From an uncultured Candidatus Binatia bacterium (GTDB taxonomy: Bacteria; Desulfobacterota; Binatia; Bin18), in NCBI GenBank assembly GCA_965214605.1, contig OZ243961.1:224001-288000 (forward strand): a stretch of 64,000 nt of DNA, given 5' to 3'. Under the pieces are notes generated by a model. It had not been told where the DNA came from. It searched no databases and worked only from the letters and a program-made list of their open reading frames with translations. Numbering within the stretch: the first letter of the stretch is position 1; every line of letters begins with the position of its first letter. Below, piece by piece: positions 1 through 10,717 of the stretch. A program made the translations under genes and the position numbers.

Positions 1-1270
1 CTTTTGCACGAAAATAACGGCTGTCGGTAAAGCCGGTTAGCATGCTGGGCAGGACAAGCGCCTCGGGATGATTGCGCTTGGCTACAGCGCGGATGGCGCG
101 AAATAGCGGCGTATCGGCCGCAGACGAGACCGGTGGAAAGTTGAGCAGGACCGACAGCTCAACGTGGGGATCGTTCACCACTTCGGTCAGTGTCGCGATA
201 AAGTGTCGGGGGTCCTCACCGGGCAGCAACCGGCAGTCGAGTTCGGCGCTGGCCTGGGCGGGGACCGAGTTGGTCTTTTGGCTACCGCTGAGCACTGTTG
301 GAGAAATCGTATTCCGAACCAGGGCGTTGTTACGGGGGTGGGCGATGAAGGCTTGACGAAAATCTGGGTCGGCCAGGGCGCGTTCAAGATTACGGTACTG
401 ATCCGCTGTTTCGTCATTCTGACGCTCGGCCAGGGCTGAGAAATAGGCCTGCACCGCCGGTACAACCTTGATCGGGGTGGTATAGTGCCCAATGTTGGTC
501 AGAGCGCGCAGCAGACGGGTGACCGCACTATCGGGCCGGGGGACTGAGCCGTGGCCGGGGGGCCCCTCAGCTGTCAGCCGAATCCAGCAGGGCGACTTTT
601 CGGCCACGCTGACGGAGTACGAGACTGTTTCTCCCTCATAACGAATCCCGCCGCCCTCAGTCAGCAAAAATTCGGCGTCCTGAATACGGTCAAAGTGCGT
701 GTCAAGAAACCAACCCGCCCCATGTTGGCCGCCGGTTTCTTCGTCGCCGGTTCCCAGAAAGATAATATCGCGTTTGAGGTCAATGGCGTGGCGTTTGAGG
801 AGTGCCATGGCCAGAAACTGGACGACGGCCGTGCCCTTGCAATCAAGCGCTCCCCGGCCATAAATATGGCCGTCTTTGACCACGCCTGAAAACGGCTCGA
901 CATCCCAGTTGTCGGCATGGGCGGGCACGACGTCCATATGGTGGAGCAGAATGAGCGGCTTTTTTTCGCCGCTGCCGGTGAGCTGGGCGGACACAATCCC
1001 ACGGTCAGGCTGGGACTCGTACACCTGAGCCTCAAGGCCCTCTTTGGTCAGCTGGTCTTTCCAGAAACGGGCTGCGGCCATCTCGTTGCCCGGAGGATTG
1101 GTGGTGTCGATCTGGATATAACGGCGCAGCAGTTGAGCGGCTTCCCGCTCAACCTCGGCCCAATCGGGCTGAGCCGCTGTAATCGGGGGGTACAGCAGAA
1201 GGAGACAGACGAGCAGCCCGATACACCTAACGGGCTGCTGGCGGTGCAGAAACGACGCGGCTTTACGCAT
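1..1270 (-). CDS. M20/M25/M40 family metallopeptidase with N-terminal signal peptide (3' end runs off the window)
   Basis: Not in the ORF track. Manual minus-strand translation from ATG 1270 gives MRKAASF...YIQIDTTNPPGNE...LLHHMDVVPA...IYGRGALDCKG...GDEETGG...GHGSVP...LDCRLLPG...GFTDSRYFR, the M20 metal-binding motifs. Confidence 0.9.
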   Translation of the reverse strand, partial: MRKAASFLHRQQPVRCIGLLVCLLLLYPPITAAQPDWAEVEREAAQLLRRYIQIDTTNPPGNEMAAARFWKDQLTKEGLEAQVYESQPDRGIVSAQLTGSGEKKPLILLHHMDVVPAHADNWDVEPFSGVVKDGHIYGRGALDCKGTAVVQFLAMALLKRHAIDLKRDIIFLGTGDEETGGQHGAGWFLDTHFDRIQDAEFLLTEGGGIRYEGETVSYSVSVAEKSPCWIRLTAEGPPGHGSVPRPDSAVTRLLRALTNIGHYTTPIKVVPAVQAYFSALAERQNDETADQYRNLERALADPDFRQAFIAHPRNNALVRNTISPTVLSGSQKTNSVPAQASAELDCRLLPGEDPRHFIATLTEVVNDPHVELSVLLNFPPVSSAADTPLFRAIRAVAKRNHPEALVLPSMLTGFTDSRYFRAK

Positions 1271-1459
1271 ATTTCTTCCAAACTGAAAGCTGAGGTTCAA
1301 CCCCACCCTCCATAAGCTAATCCGCCAGAGGAAAAAAGGCAAGCGCGGAACACGCTAGATTTTTTCCCTATACACGATATAGTAACTCAACAAATCCTTG
1401 AACCCTTTCTCTTGGGATAAATTGGATGGGGGCTTGGGGAGGACTGGGGAGGCAGGGCA

Positions 1460-4400
1460 GTGAGGATCAAACAGATTGAACTCCTTGGATTCAAATCCTT
1501 CAAAGATAAAACTCTGCTGACATTCCCGGTTGGGGTGACAGCCATTGTCGGTCCAAACGGGTGTGGAAAATCCAATGTGGTGGACGCCTTACGCTGGGTC
1601 TTGGGTGAGCAGAGCTCCCGTCAGCTGCGCGGCTCCGAAATGGGTGACGTTGTCTTTGCTGGCACCCAAGGAAATCCCCCGCTAGGTATGGCCGAGGTCA
1701 AGCTTGTGCTCGAAAATACCGCCTCCCCAACCGCCCCGTTGCCTCAAGCAGTTGGCAGAGCTGATACCATGGGCCAGATCGCTGACGGCTGGACCGAGAT
1801 GATGGTCTCCCGCCGCTATTTCCGATCAGGTGATTCTGAGTATTTTTTAAACAATATTCCGTGCCGATTGCGGGATATTGTTGAGTTTTTCCTCGGCACC
1901 GGGGCGGGCAGCAAGGCCTATTCGATTATTGAACAGGGACGGGTTGAGCATCTGATCAACGCGAAAGCGGATGAAATTCGGGTGCTGATTGAAGAAGCCG
2001 CCGGCGTCAGTTTATACCGCAGCCGTCGTCTGGCCGCCGAGCGAAAGCTTGAGCGTACTCAGGACAATCTGGCCCGGGTGGCCGATCTCCTGTCCGAAAT
2101 GGAACGTCGGCTGGGCGTACTCAGGCGTCAGGCCAACAAGGCTGCCCAGTACCACGCCCTGCAAGGAGAGCTGAAAACCGTAGACCTGACGCTCCTGTGT
2201 AAAGCCTACCAAGCCCTGCTCGATGAATTGGTCGGTCTTGGCGCGCGCCGGACGGAGGTTGTTGCCGAGCAAACCGGCCTCGAACATCAGATTCAGCAGC
2301 TTCAGGCCGAGCACGCTCGAACGCGGGCAGCTTTAGAAGACCAAAAAGCCTCCCTACGCGCCAGCGAGGAGCGAGGTCACGCGATACACAGCGCCCTTGA
2401 GCAGAGCGAACAGCGCAGACAGTTTCTCCGGCAACAGGAACAGCGGGCTGCCGATAGAGCCGACGCGGCCCAAACCGAGTTGGCGGCTGTGGAGAAACGC
2501 CGGGGCGTAGTCGACAACGAGATGAAAAGCCTGGCCGAGCAGGCCAGCCAGGGCCAGATCCGGCTGGCTGAGGAAGAAGCAGTGCTCCAGCGCCATGAAC
2601 AGGACAGCATCCGGCTGCGGCGCACCCTTTTGGCGTCTGAGGCAGCGGCCGAAGAGTTAAAAACCGAGCTCGTTGACCTGCTGACTCAGCACGCTCAGGT
2701 CCAAAACGGGCTCGCCTATGCCCGTCGCCGGAGGGAAGAAGTGGCAGAACGCCTGCAAGTTTTAGCAGCTGAGGCTAACCAGGTCTCGGCCAGCTTGGCC
2801 AAGACTGGGCAGGATCTGGACACGACCCGCAGGCGGGCGACCGAACTGCACGAACGCCTGGAACTCGGCCAGCGGGAGCGGCGTGAGAAAACCGACGGCC
2901 TACGAACTGTGGTGAGCATTGGGGAAGAGCTGGAGCAAGAGTTGACCGGAGCCCGGGCCAAACAGGCCGAGCTACGCACCCGGCTCTCTACGCTCGAAGA
3001 GATGGAGCAGGGCTATGAGCGCTATGCGCCCGGGGTGCAGTCGATTATGGCCGGAGATGAATCGCTGAGCCAGGTGGTCGGGGTTGTTGCCCAGATGCTT
3101 GATGTACCGCATAGCTATGAACGGGCGGTGGCCGCTGTGCTGGGTGAAAAACTCGAGTATATCGTCGTTGCCGAGGTCGGTGACGGGCTCACGGCGGTCG
3201 AGTACTTGCGTCAGACCGAGGCGGGCCACGGCAGCTTTATTCCACTCCACCCCCGTTGCAGCGCACAGCCCCTGGGCGTGTCCCAACAAAACGGTCACGC
3301 TCTGACCGTCGGTCAGGGCGTGTCTGTGGTCATGGCTTCGGCCGAGCCGGATGAGGTGACTCCTCTGCTCAGCCTGCTGTCGGTTGAGCCGCAGTGTCGT
3401 GAGGTGGTCGAGACGTTGCTGGCCGATACCTTCTTGGTACCTAACCTGCAGACTGGCCTGCAGTACTGGCAGCGCGACCGCCAGCCACGAACCTTCGTGA
3501 CGCTGCGTGGCGAGGTTCTGACCGCCCAGGGTGTGGTCAGTGGCGGGAGTCAGACCTTTGCCCAAGAGGGTCTGTTGGAGCGACGCCGGGAAATTCGTGA
3601 TCTGCGCGACCAGGTCGAACAGCACGAGGACGTTGTCGCCAACCTGGTCCGGCGGCGTCAAGAGGCCAAGCAGAGCCGACAAGAGCTAGAAGGCGAGTTG
3701 GCCCGTTTAGAGGAGCAGAACCGTGTCCTAAGCGAAGAGAGACAAACGCTACAGCGCCGGGTCGCTCAACTCGAAGGCGAACAGCACCGCCTGCTGGATA
3801 AGCAAGAGAGCGTTGGCTATGAATACCAAACCCTGGAGGAGGAGAAGAGGGGGCTGACCACTGAGATTGCAAGTCTCGCTGCCCGGGAGTCCGAGCTGGA
3901 CAGTCAGCGCCAAGAGCGAGAAGATCGGCTGGCCGAACGCCAAGAGCAGGTTGCCCAGACAAAGGTTTCGCTCGAACACCAGCGAAAGGTGTGTGATGAA
4001 CTGCGGGTGCGGGTGGCCGAGCGCCGTGAGCGCCAGGAAGGTCTGCGCCTCCAGCGCTTGCGTCTTCAGGACCAGCAGACTGAGCTGTCCGAACGCGCCG
4101 ACCTCTGCCAAACCGAACACCGCACCGCCCAGGGAGAGGCCGAAAAGATGCGGGCCGACCTGTCTGTACAGGCAGCCAGCGTTGTCCAATACCAGGCCGA
4201 GCTGGCCGCGGTGAGCCAAGAACAGGAACGCCGGCAAGCGTCGTGTGCCCAGCTGGGGGCGGAGTGTCGTGTGTATGAGGAACACCTCGAGCAGTGTAGA
4301 GCCGCCCGGAGCCGGCTCCAAGAAGAGAAAACCCGGCTTGAGGTCAAGAGCGCTGAAAAACGGGTCAGCTGCGATCATATCAATACGGCTGGATATGATC

Positions 4401-5101
4401 GCTACGAGGTCGCTATTCCTGGAGTACTGGCCGTGTATGTGCCCAACCTGCTTGAGATTGAAGCAGGTGAAGAGCGCCGCCAAGAGTTGCGTAACAAAAT
4501 CGGTCGCCTCGGCGAGGTCAATCCCGGCGCGGCGGCTGAGCTGACCGAGGTCGAAGAGCGCTATACGTCTCTGAAGACACAGGAGGCGGATATACAAGCC
4601 TCAATTGCCGACCTGCAGAGTACGATTGCGAAGCTTAACCGAGAGTCACGCGACCGGTTCAAAGAGACCTTTGGCATGGTCGACGTGAAATTTCGTCAGG
4701 TCTATGAACGTCTGGTCCAAGGCGGAACCGCCCAGATTGGGCTGACCGATGACAATGATCTGGTCCACAGCGGGGTAGAAATCTCGGTCCAGCCGCCCGG
4801 CAAACGTTTACGCTCCCTGCAGCTTCTGTCCGGTGGCGAGAAGGCGCTGGCCGCGTTGAGTTTTACCTTCGCCCTGTTTCTGATTCGTCCCAGCCCGTTT
4901 TGTGTGTTAGATGAGGTCGACGCTCCGCTCGACGATGCCAACGTTGACCGCTTTAACCAACTGGTCAGAGAACTCAGCCAAACAACTCAGATGGTCTTAA
5001 TCACCCATAATAAACGGACAATGGAAGCCGCCTCGACCCTGTACGGCGTGACTATGCAGGAGCCGGGCGTATCAACCGTGGTCTCAGTGAGTCTCTCCTA
5101 A
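1460..5101 (+). CDS. smc: Chromosome segregation protein SMC
   Basis: Walker A GPNGCGKSN, long coiled coils with hinge, signature LSGGEK, Walker B LDEVDAPLD. Confidence 0.97.
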   Translation: MRIKQIELLGFKSFKDKTLLTFPVGVTAIVGPNGCGKSNVVDALRWVLGEQSSRQLRGSEMGDVVFAGTQGNPPLGMAEVKLVLENTASPTAPLPQAVGRADTMGQIADGWTEMMVSRRYFRSGDSEYFLNNIPCRLRDIVEFFLGTGAGSKAYSIIEQGRVEHLINAKADEIRVLIEEAAGVSLYRSRRLAAERKLERTQDNLARVADLLSEMERRLGVLRRQANKAAQYHALQGELKTVDLTLLCKAYQALLDELVGLGARRTEVVAEQTGLEHQIQQLQAEHARTRAALEDQKASLRASEERGHAIHSALEQSEQRRQFLRQQEQRAADRADAAQTELAAVEKRRGVVDNEMKSLAEQASQGQIRLAEEEAVLQRHEQDSIRLRRTLLASEAAAEELKTELVDLLTQHAQVQNGLAYARRRREEVAERLQVLAAEANQVSASLAKTGQDLDTTRRRATELHERLELGQRERREKTDGLRTVVSIGEELEQELTGARAKQAELRTRLSTLEEMEQGYERYAPGVQSIMAGDESLSQVVGVVAQMLDVPHSYERAVAAVLGEKLEYIVVAEVGDGLTAVEYLRQTEAGHGSFIPLHPRCSAQPLGVSQQNGHALTVGQGVSVVMASAEPDEVTPLLSLLSVEPQCREVVETLLADTFLVPNLQTGLQYWQRDRQPRTFVTLRGEVLTAQGVVSGGSQTFAQEGLLERRREIRDLRDQVEQHEDVVANLVRRRQEAKQSRQELEGELARLEEQNRVLSEERQTLQRRVAQLEGEQHRLLDKQESVGYEYQTLEEEKRGLTTEIASLAARESELDSQRQEREDRLAERQEQVAQTKVSLEHQRKVCDELRVRVAERRERQEGLRLQRLRLQDQQTELSERADLCQTEHRTAQGEAEKMRADLSVQAASVVQYQAELAAVSQEQERRQASCAQLGAECRVYEEHLEQCRAARSRLQEEKTRLEVKSAEKRVSCDHINTAGYDRYEVAIPGVLAVYVPNLLEIEAGEERRQELRNKIGRLGEVNPGAAAELTEVEERYTSLKTQEADIQASIADLQSTIAKLNRESRDRFKETFGMVDVKFRQVYERLVQGGTAQIGLTDDNDLVHSGVEISVQPPGKRLRSLQLLSGGEKALAALSFTFALFLIRPSPFCVLDEVDAPLDDANVDRFNQLVRELSQTTQMVLITHNKRTMEAASTLYGVTMQEPGVSTVVSVSLS

Positions 5102-6075
5102 TGGCCCTGTTGTGGCGAAAGAAAACTACGCCCGAGCAAAAACAGTCAATCTGGCGGCGTGGTTTGTCCCGCTTACGCCAGGTCTTTCGCGCGCCGCTGG
5201 ATCGAATCTTACGCGGCCGGCCTATTGATGACGCCCTGTTTAATGACCTAGAAGAAGTCCTGATCGGCGCGGATGTGGGCGTGCACGAGGCCCTGCTCCT
5301 CATCGACCGGCTGCGAGCTCGTTGCCAGCGCGATCGCCCGACTGACGGAGAGGAACTGAAAGCCTATCTGAAAGAGGAGATGATCGGGCTTTTGCCGACT
5401 TCCGGCCCACCGTTAGTCGGTCAAGCCCGGCCCTGGGTGATCCTGATGGTTGGTATTAACGGAGTGGGGAAGACAACCACCCTGGCCAAGCTGGCGGCTC
5501 GCTTTGGCCAGGAACAAAAAACAGTGTTATTCGTGGCAGGAGATACCTTCCGAGCCGCGGCTATCGAGCAGCTCGAGGTCTGGGCCGATAGGCTCGGCGT
5601 AGAGGTCATTAAACATCGGAGCGGAGCTTCTCCGGCAGCGGTGGCGTTTGACGGGGTTCGAGCCGGGATTGCCCGTCAGGTTGACGTCGTGCTGATCGAT
5701 ACCGCAGGACGGTTGCACACCAAAACGCCGCTCATGGAAGAACTCAAAAAAGTGCACCGGGTGGTCGCCAAGGAACTCCAGGGAGCCCCTCATGAGGTGC
5801 TGTTGGTGCTCGACGCGACAACCGGCCAAAACGCTCTGAGTCAGGCGCGGACCTTTCAGGCCGCGTTTCCGCTGACCGGAGTGATCCTGACAAAAATGGA
5901 CGGCTCTGGAAAAGGCGGAGTGGTGTTATCCATTGCTGAACAGCTCGGCGTCCCGATTCGGGGAGTTGGCCTAGGGGAGGGGACCGAAGACCTGCACGAC
6001 TTTGAGGCGACCGCATTTGTTGAGGCGCTTTTTTCTCCTGAGGACCCCGAAACTTCTCTTGACTCACAGGGCTAA
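5101..6075 (+). CDS. ftsY: Signal recognition particle receptor FtsY
   Basis: GINGVGKTTT, DTFRAAA, DTAGR, TKMDG motifs; follows smc. Confidence 0.97.
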   Translation: MALLWRKKTTPEQKQSIWRRGLSRLRQVFRAPLDRILRGRPIDDALFNDLEEVLIGADVGVHEALLLIDRLRARCQRDRPTDGEELKAYLKEEMIGLLPTSGPPLVGQARPWVILMVGINGVGKTTTLAKLAARFGQEQKTVLFVAGDTFRAAAIEQLEVWADRLGVEVIKHRSGASPAAVAFDGVRAGIARQVDVVLIDTAGRLHTKTPLMEELKKVHRVVAKELQGAPHEVLLVLDATTGQNALSQARTFQAAFPLTGVILTKMDGSGKGGVVLSIAEQLGVPIRGVGLGEGTEDLHDFEATAFVEALFSPEDPETSLDSQG

Positions 6076-6087
6076 GGACACTACACT
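6059..6087 (+). promoter_or_regulatory. Putative sigma70 promoter for zapB-zapA
   Basis: TTGACT-17 bp-TACACT, ending 32 bp upstream of ATG 6120. Confidence 0.55.
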
Positions 6088-6119
6088 CGGTTTGAACTTT
6101 TCCTTTGCTTTTAGATGAT

Positions 6120-6362
6120 ATGGCTGTACCAAGCCTGAAACTTCTTGAGGAAAAGCTCAATGAGATGCTGGAGCGCCACGAGCGACTTTGCCAGGAGAAA
6201 GCGGTATTGACGCAGCGCCTGAGTGAGCAACAGCAAGCAAACGGCCGTCTACGTGAACAGCTCCAGCAGTACGAACAGGAACGAGAGGAAATTCGGACAA
6301 AGCTGGAACGGATTCTGAGTCAGTTTGACGGGCTTGGAATAGAGTTGAGCGACGAGAGATGA
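6120..6362 (+). CDS. zapB: Cell division protein ZapB-like coiled-coil protein
   Basis: Short all-coiled-coil protein (LKLLEEKLNEML...IRTKLERIL) directly upstream of zapA. Confidence 0.7.
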   Translation: MAVPSLKLLEEKLNEMLERHERLCQEKAVLTQRLSEQQQANGRLREQLQQYEQEREEIRTKLERILSQFDGLGIELSDER

Positions 6363-6366
6363 GGCG

Positions 6367-6681
6367 ATGAAATCCTTGGTTGAGGTCGAAATCTTCGGCC
6401 AGACTTTCACGGTCAACAGCGAGGAGCAGACCCAGTACGTGAAAGAGTTGGCCAACTATGTTGACCAGCGTATGCGTCAGATAGCGAGCAGCACCAAAAC
6501 CGTCGTCCCCCTTCGGATTGCAATTATGGCGGCTCTGAGCATTGCAGAGGAGCGCCACAAAGCCAGTCAGCGAGAACAAGAGATCCAAGAAGAAACAGAA
6601 CGTCTTTCTGCGGTTTTGCTTGAACGGATTGAGCAGAGTGAAAAGAACCAAGGCGTAAGCAATGGCCGTGTCGTCTCATAA
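6367..6681 (+). CDS. zapA: Cell division protein ZapA
   Basis: VEVEIFGQTFTV...LANYVDQRM...IAIMAALSIA, a typical ZapA. Confidence 0.92.
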   Translation: MKSLVEVEIFGQTFTVNSEEQTQYVKELANYVDQRMRQIASSTKTVVPLRIAIMAALSIAEERHKASQREQEIQEETERLSAVLLERIEQSEKNQGVSNGRVVS

Positions 6682-6759
6682 GACGTTGTGTCTTCCTCAT
6701 CGCCAGTCTAAACGTCTTCTCCGCAGGATTTGCTAAACCGCCGATCCTAGGCTGAGACG

Positions 6760-6940
6760 CTCCCATCCAGTTCTGTCATCCGGTTTTCTCCGTGCCACAG
6801 CCGAGGGCCTGGTGGAAGGTTCTTCCACCAGGCAATTTGAGGGATGGAGGAAAAATCCCCCCGATACAACTGAAATGTCATTGGGAGGTGGTTTTACACG
6901 TGTAAAGGCCCTCCGACCCTGGGGATGGAAGGAGGTCAGT
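6760..6940 (+). ncRNA. Candidate structured RNA between zapA and rny (rny leader or divergent 6S RNA)
   Basis: 12-bp hairpin 6807-6833; long-range pairings 6803-6810 with 6906-6913 and 6761-6768 with ~6923-6930; lies where ssrS is commonly found. Confidence 0.35.
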
Positions 6941-6945
6941 GATAG

Positions 6946-8508
6946 ATGAGGTCATTGCTCTACTGGTTAATTGGAGTGGTGCTCGGCGGCGTGGGGGTGT
7001 GGGTGCTCATACTACTGCGCCAACGTTGGCAGCAGGAAACAATCGTCAACGCTGAGGAAGCAGCGAAGAGCATTCTGGAGGAGGCCCGAAAAGAATCGTC
7101 CGTCATCAAGAAGGAAGCCGAGGTACAGGCCAAAGAGGTTCTCTTACAGTCAAGGACGGAGTTTGAGAAAGAACGCCGTGAACAGAAGAAAGAGATTCAA
7201 CAGAGCGAGCGACGTTTACAGAGCCGTGAAGAAATCCTTGAGAAGCGGGCGGTAACCTTGGACAATCGGGAAACCGAGCTGTCGCATCGGGAGAGGGGTT
7301 TTAAAACCAAAGAAGAGGCGCTCGACGAGAAAACACAAAAGTATCAGGGCTTGATAGAAGAGACTCGTCAGAAGCTTGAGCAGATTGCGGAAATGAACCG
7401 CGAGGAAGCAAAAAATGTCTTGCTCGAACAGATGATGAGTGACGCCCGTAGTGAGGCGGCGCGTCAGATCATGGCCATCGAAGAAGAAGCCCGTGATGAG
7501 GCCGAACGTCGGGCTAGGAAGATCATCAGCGTTGCGGTCGAGCGTCTGGCCGGTGAGTTTGTGTCGGAACGCACTACCGCGGTAATTCCCCTGCCTAGCG
7601 ATGACATGAAGGGACGTATTATTGGTCGCGAAGGGCGCAACATTCGTGCTATTGAGGCGGCCACCGGCGTTGACCTGATCGTTGATGATACGCCGGAAGC
7701 CGTGCTGATTTCGAGCCATAGCCCCATCCGCCGAGAGATCGCCCGGGTGGGACTCGGACGGCTGATCTCTGACGGCCGGATTCACCCAAGCCGGATTGAA
7801 GAGGTGATCAAAAAAGCCGAACAAGAGGTTGAGGAGGCGGTCCGCGAGGCTGGCCAACGGGCTATCTTAGAATTGGGCGTTCATGGGGTGCATCCGGAGA
7901 TTGTTAAGCTCATCGGCATGCTGAAATATCGCTACTCCTACGGTCAGAACGTACTGATGCACTCGATTGAAACCGCCTATGTGTGCGGGATCATGGCCGC
8001 TGAGCTGGGCTTAAATGAAAAACAGGCCCGACGAGCCGCCCTGCTGCACGACATTGGTAAAGCAGTGTCTCACGAAATTGAGGGCTCGCACGCCATTATT
8101 GGCGGCGATGTGGCTCGCAAATACGGCGAATCGGCCAAGATCGTCAACGCCATTGCCGCCCATCATGAAGAGGTCAAAGCCGAGACCGTGCTGGCTCCCC
8201 TCGTGGACGCCGCCGATGCGCTGTCTGGGGCCCGACCTGGCGCGCGGCGGGAGGTGCTCGAAAGTTACGTCCGCCGTCTGGAGGATCTGGAGCAAATCGG
8301 CCGCTCTTTCAGTGGTGTCGAAAAGTCGTTCGCCGTACAGGCCGGCCGCGAGGTGCGGGTCATCGTTAGTCCCGGCTCGGTGACGGACGGCGAGGCCGCC
8401 CTCTTAGCCCGTGAGGTGGCCAAGAAGATCGAAGATGAGATGACCTATCCGGGTCAGATCAAGATTACCGTGATCCGGGAGATGCGGGCGACCGAGTTTG
8501 CCCGCTGA
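6946..8508 (+). CDS. rny: Ribonuclease Y
   Basis: N-terminal TM helix, coiled coil, KH domain (MKGRIIGREGRNIR), HD domain (LLHDIGK). Confidence 0.97.
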   Translation: MRSLLYWLIGVVLGGVGVWVLILLRQRWQQETIVNAEEAAKSILEEARKESSVIKKEAEVQAKEVLLQSRTEFEKERREQKKEIQQSERRLQSREEILEKRAVTLDNRETELSHRERGFKTKEEALDEKTQKYQGLIEETRQKLEQIAEMNREEAKNVLLEQMMSDARSEAARQIMAIEEEARDEAERRARKIISVAVERLAGEFVSERTTAVIPLPSDDMKGRIIGREGRNIRAIEAATGVDLIVDDTPEAVLISSHSPIRREIARVGLGRLISDGRIHPSRIEEVIKKAEQEVEEAVREAGQRAILELGVHGVHPEIVKLIGMLKYRYSYGQNVLMHSIETAYVCGIMAAELGLNEKQARRAALLHDIGKAVSHEIEGSHAIIGGDVARKYGESAKIVNAIAAHHEEVKAETVLAPLVDAADALSGARPGARREVLESYVRRLEDLEQIGRSFSGVEKSFAVQAGREVRVIVSPGSVTDGEAALLAREVAKKIEDEMTYPGQIKITVIREMRATEFAR

Positions 8509-8535
8509 GTAACAAGGAAGGAAAGTGAAGAAGAC

Positions 8536-9738
8536 ATGGCTCTGTCTGTGGCAGACCAGTTACGCGAAATTCAGCGCGGGACGGTTGACATTATTCCGCT
8601 TGAGGAACTGAAACGGAAGCTGGAAACGGGTCGTCGGCTCCGGATCAAGCTCGGGGTTGATCCCACTTCTCCCGATCTGCACCTCGGCCACACGGTGGTG
8701 GTCAATAAACTGCGCCAGTTTCAGGAGCTGGGGCATGTGGTGATTTTTTTGGTCGGCGATTTTACCGGCATGATCGGCGATCCAACAGGCCGCTCAGAGA
8801 CCCGTAAGGCGCTCACCCGCGAGCAGGTCCTGGAAAATGCCGAAACCTATACCAAGCAAGTGTTTAAGCTCCTGGATCGGAACAAGACCGAGGTCCGTTT
8901 TAACTCCGAGTGGATGGACACCTTCACCCCGTCCGACTTTATCCGTCTGTGCGGTCGGTACACGGTTGCCCGTCTTTTAGAACGGGACGACTTCTCGAAA
9001 CGCTATAAGGAGGGTATGCCTATTCACGTCCATGAGCTCCTGTATCCGCTTGTTCAGGGCTACGACTCGGTTGCCCTTGCGGCTGATGTTGAGGTTGGGG
9101 GGACGGATCAGCGCTTCAATCTGCTAGTCGGACGTGAACTCCAGCGCGGCCATGGCCAGGAACCGCAGGTCATTCTCACCTTACCCCTGCTCGAAGGCAC
9201 GGATGGGGTACAGAAGATGAGCAAATCGCTCGGCAACGCCATTGGTATCGCCGATCCGCCCAACGAGATGTACGGCAAAATCATGTCGATTTCCGACACT
9301 ATGATGGGGAAATACTACGAGCTGTTGAGCACGGTCGATAGTGACCAACTTGAGACCATTCAGCGCGGCGAGGTCCATCCGATGCAGGCCAAAAAGCAGC
9401 TGGCGGCCGAGCTGATTACCCGCTTTCATAATAGGACTGCCGCGGAAGAGGCTGCGGCTGACTTTGCCCGACGTTTTCAGCGCCGCGAATTGCCCAGCGA
9501 TCTGCAAGAGATCCCCTGGGCCGACAGTGGGGCCGAGGTCTGGATCTGTTATCTGCTGCGCGAGGCCGGTCTGACAAAATCGACGAGCGAAGCCCGACGT
9601 ATGATCCAACAGGGGGCGGTTCGTCTCAACCAGGAGCGGGTAGACAACCCGGATCTCAGGGTCCCGACCCAGGGCGAGACGATTGTCCAAGTCGGGCGGC
9701 GGCGGATTGCCAAGGTCGTCTTTGGCCCCCCGGTCTAG
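8536..9738 (+). CDS. tyrS: Tyrosine--tRNA ligase
   Basis: [13 protein letters not shown] (HIGH), KMSKS, C-terminal S4 domain. Confidence 0.97.
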   Translation: MALSVADQLREIQRGTVDIIPLEELKRKLETGRRLRIKLGVDPTSPDLHLGHTVVVNKLRQFQELGHVVIFLVGDFTGMIGDPTGRSETRKALTREQVLENAETYTKQVFKLLDRNKTEVRFNSEWMDTFTPSDFIRLCGRYTVARLLERDDFSKRYKEGMPIHVHELLYPLVQGYDSVALAADVEVGGTDQRFNLLVGRELQRGHGQEPQVILTLPLLEGTDGVQKMSKSLGNAIGIADPPNEMYGKIMSISDTMMGKYYELLSTVDSDQLETIQRGEVHPMQAKKQLAAELITRFHNRTAAEEAAADFARRFQRRELPSDLQEIPWADSGAEVWICYLLREAGLTKSTSEARRMIQQGAVRLNQERVDNPDLRVPTQGETIVQVGRRRIAKVVFGPPV

Positions 9739-9757
9739 CCTCGGCCGGGAGAGTCTC

Positions 9758-10717
9758 ATGCGCGAGTCTGCGAACCCAAGGTTGACGAGAGTCCCTTCTT
9801 GCTCAGGTGATCGTCCTCGTCCACCTCATCAGTACCAGTGCGGCTTTATTGCCATGATTGGGCGTCCCAACGTTGGCAAGTCGACTCTGTTGAATACCCT
9901 GGTTGGGGAAAAACTCGCCATTGTGACTCCCAAACCGCAAACGACCCGGACCCGGCTGATGGGGGTCAAAACGCTTTCCCGAGCCCAGCTGATCTTTATT
10001 GATACGCCGGGCATCCACGGCCACACCGGCTCTCTCCTCAATCGGCACATGGTCGAACTGGCCTTAGGATCCGTAAAAGAGACCGATATGGTGCTGTTCC
10101 TCGTCGATGCTCAGCGCGGCATTATGGATGGCGACGAAAAGATCGCCGCCCGTCTCAGCGTCCTTCCTACACCGGTCATCGGGGTGGTGAATAAGATTGA
10201 TCTGGTGCCACGACCGGCTCTGCTGCCGGTGCTAGAGCGTTTGGCCGGACTCTTACCTCATCGAGAGATCGTTCCGGTCAGCGCCTTGCGCGACACGAAT
10301 ACCGCCGAACTGCTGCCCACCCTGATCCAGTTCCTCCCGGTCGGTCCGGCCCTGTATCCGAGCGATGAACTGACCGATCAGAGCGAGCGAGTGTTAGCCC
10401 AAGAAATGATCCGTGAGCAGCTTTTTTTTAATACCCAACAAGAAATTCCGTATACGACAGCAGCGGTTGTCGAAGAGTTTACCGAGAGGGCTGACAAGTC
10501 GCTGTTGGTTATTCGGGCCGCGATCCACGTTGAACGCGCCTCGCAGAAAGGGATTGTGATCGGCAAAGGCGGCGCTCGGCTCAAGAAAATCGGTCAGGCT
10601 GCCCGGCGGCGGATGGAAGCCTTTTTTGGCTGCAAGGTCTTCTTAGAGCTGTTTGTCAAAGTTTCCAAAGACTGGACGAACCGGGCCAGCCTGCTCAAGG
10701 AACTTGGGATCTCGTGA
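9758..10717 (+). CDS. era: GTPase Era
   Basis: GRPNVGKSTL, KPQTTR, DTPG, NKID, KH motif VIGKGG; start chosen at ATG 9758. Confidence 0.95.
   Translation: MRESANPRLTRVPSCSGDRPRPPHQYQCGFIAMIGRPNVGKSTLLNTLVGEKLAIVTPKPQTTRTRLMGVKTLSRAQLIFIDTPGIHGHTGSLLNRHMVELALGSVKETDMVLFLVDAQRGIMDGDEKIAARLSVLPTPVIGVVNKIDLVPRPALLPVLERLAGLLPHREIVPVSALRDTNTAELLPTLIQFLPVGPALYPSDELTDQSERVLAQEMIREQLFFNTQQEIPYTTAAVVEEFTERADKSLLVIRAAIHVERASQKGIVIGKGGARLKKIGQAARRRMEAFFGCKVFLELFVKVSKDWTNRASLLKELGIS

Noticed and set aside
72-1315. Several short ORFs listed in the track
   Set aside because: All overlap the minus-strand M20 peptidase frame, which the track missed because it has no stop in the window.
1369-1385. NrdR-box-like sequence upstream of smc
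   Set aside because: Single, imperfect match; not supportable without a regulon comparison.
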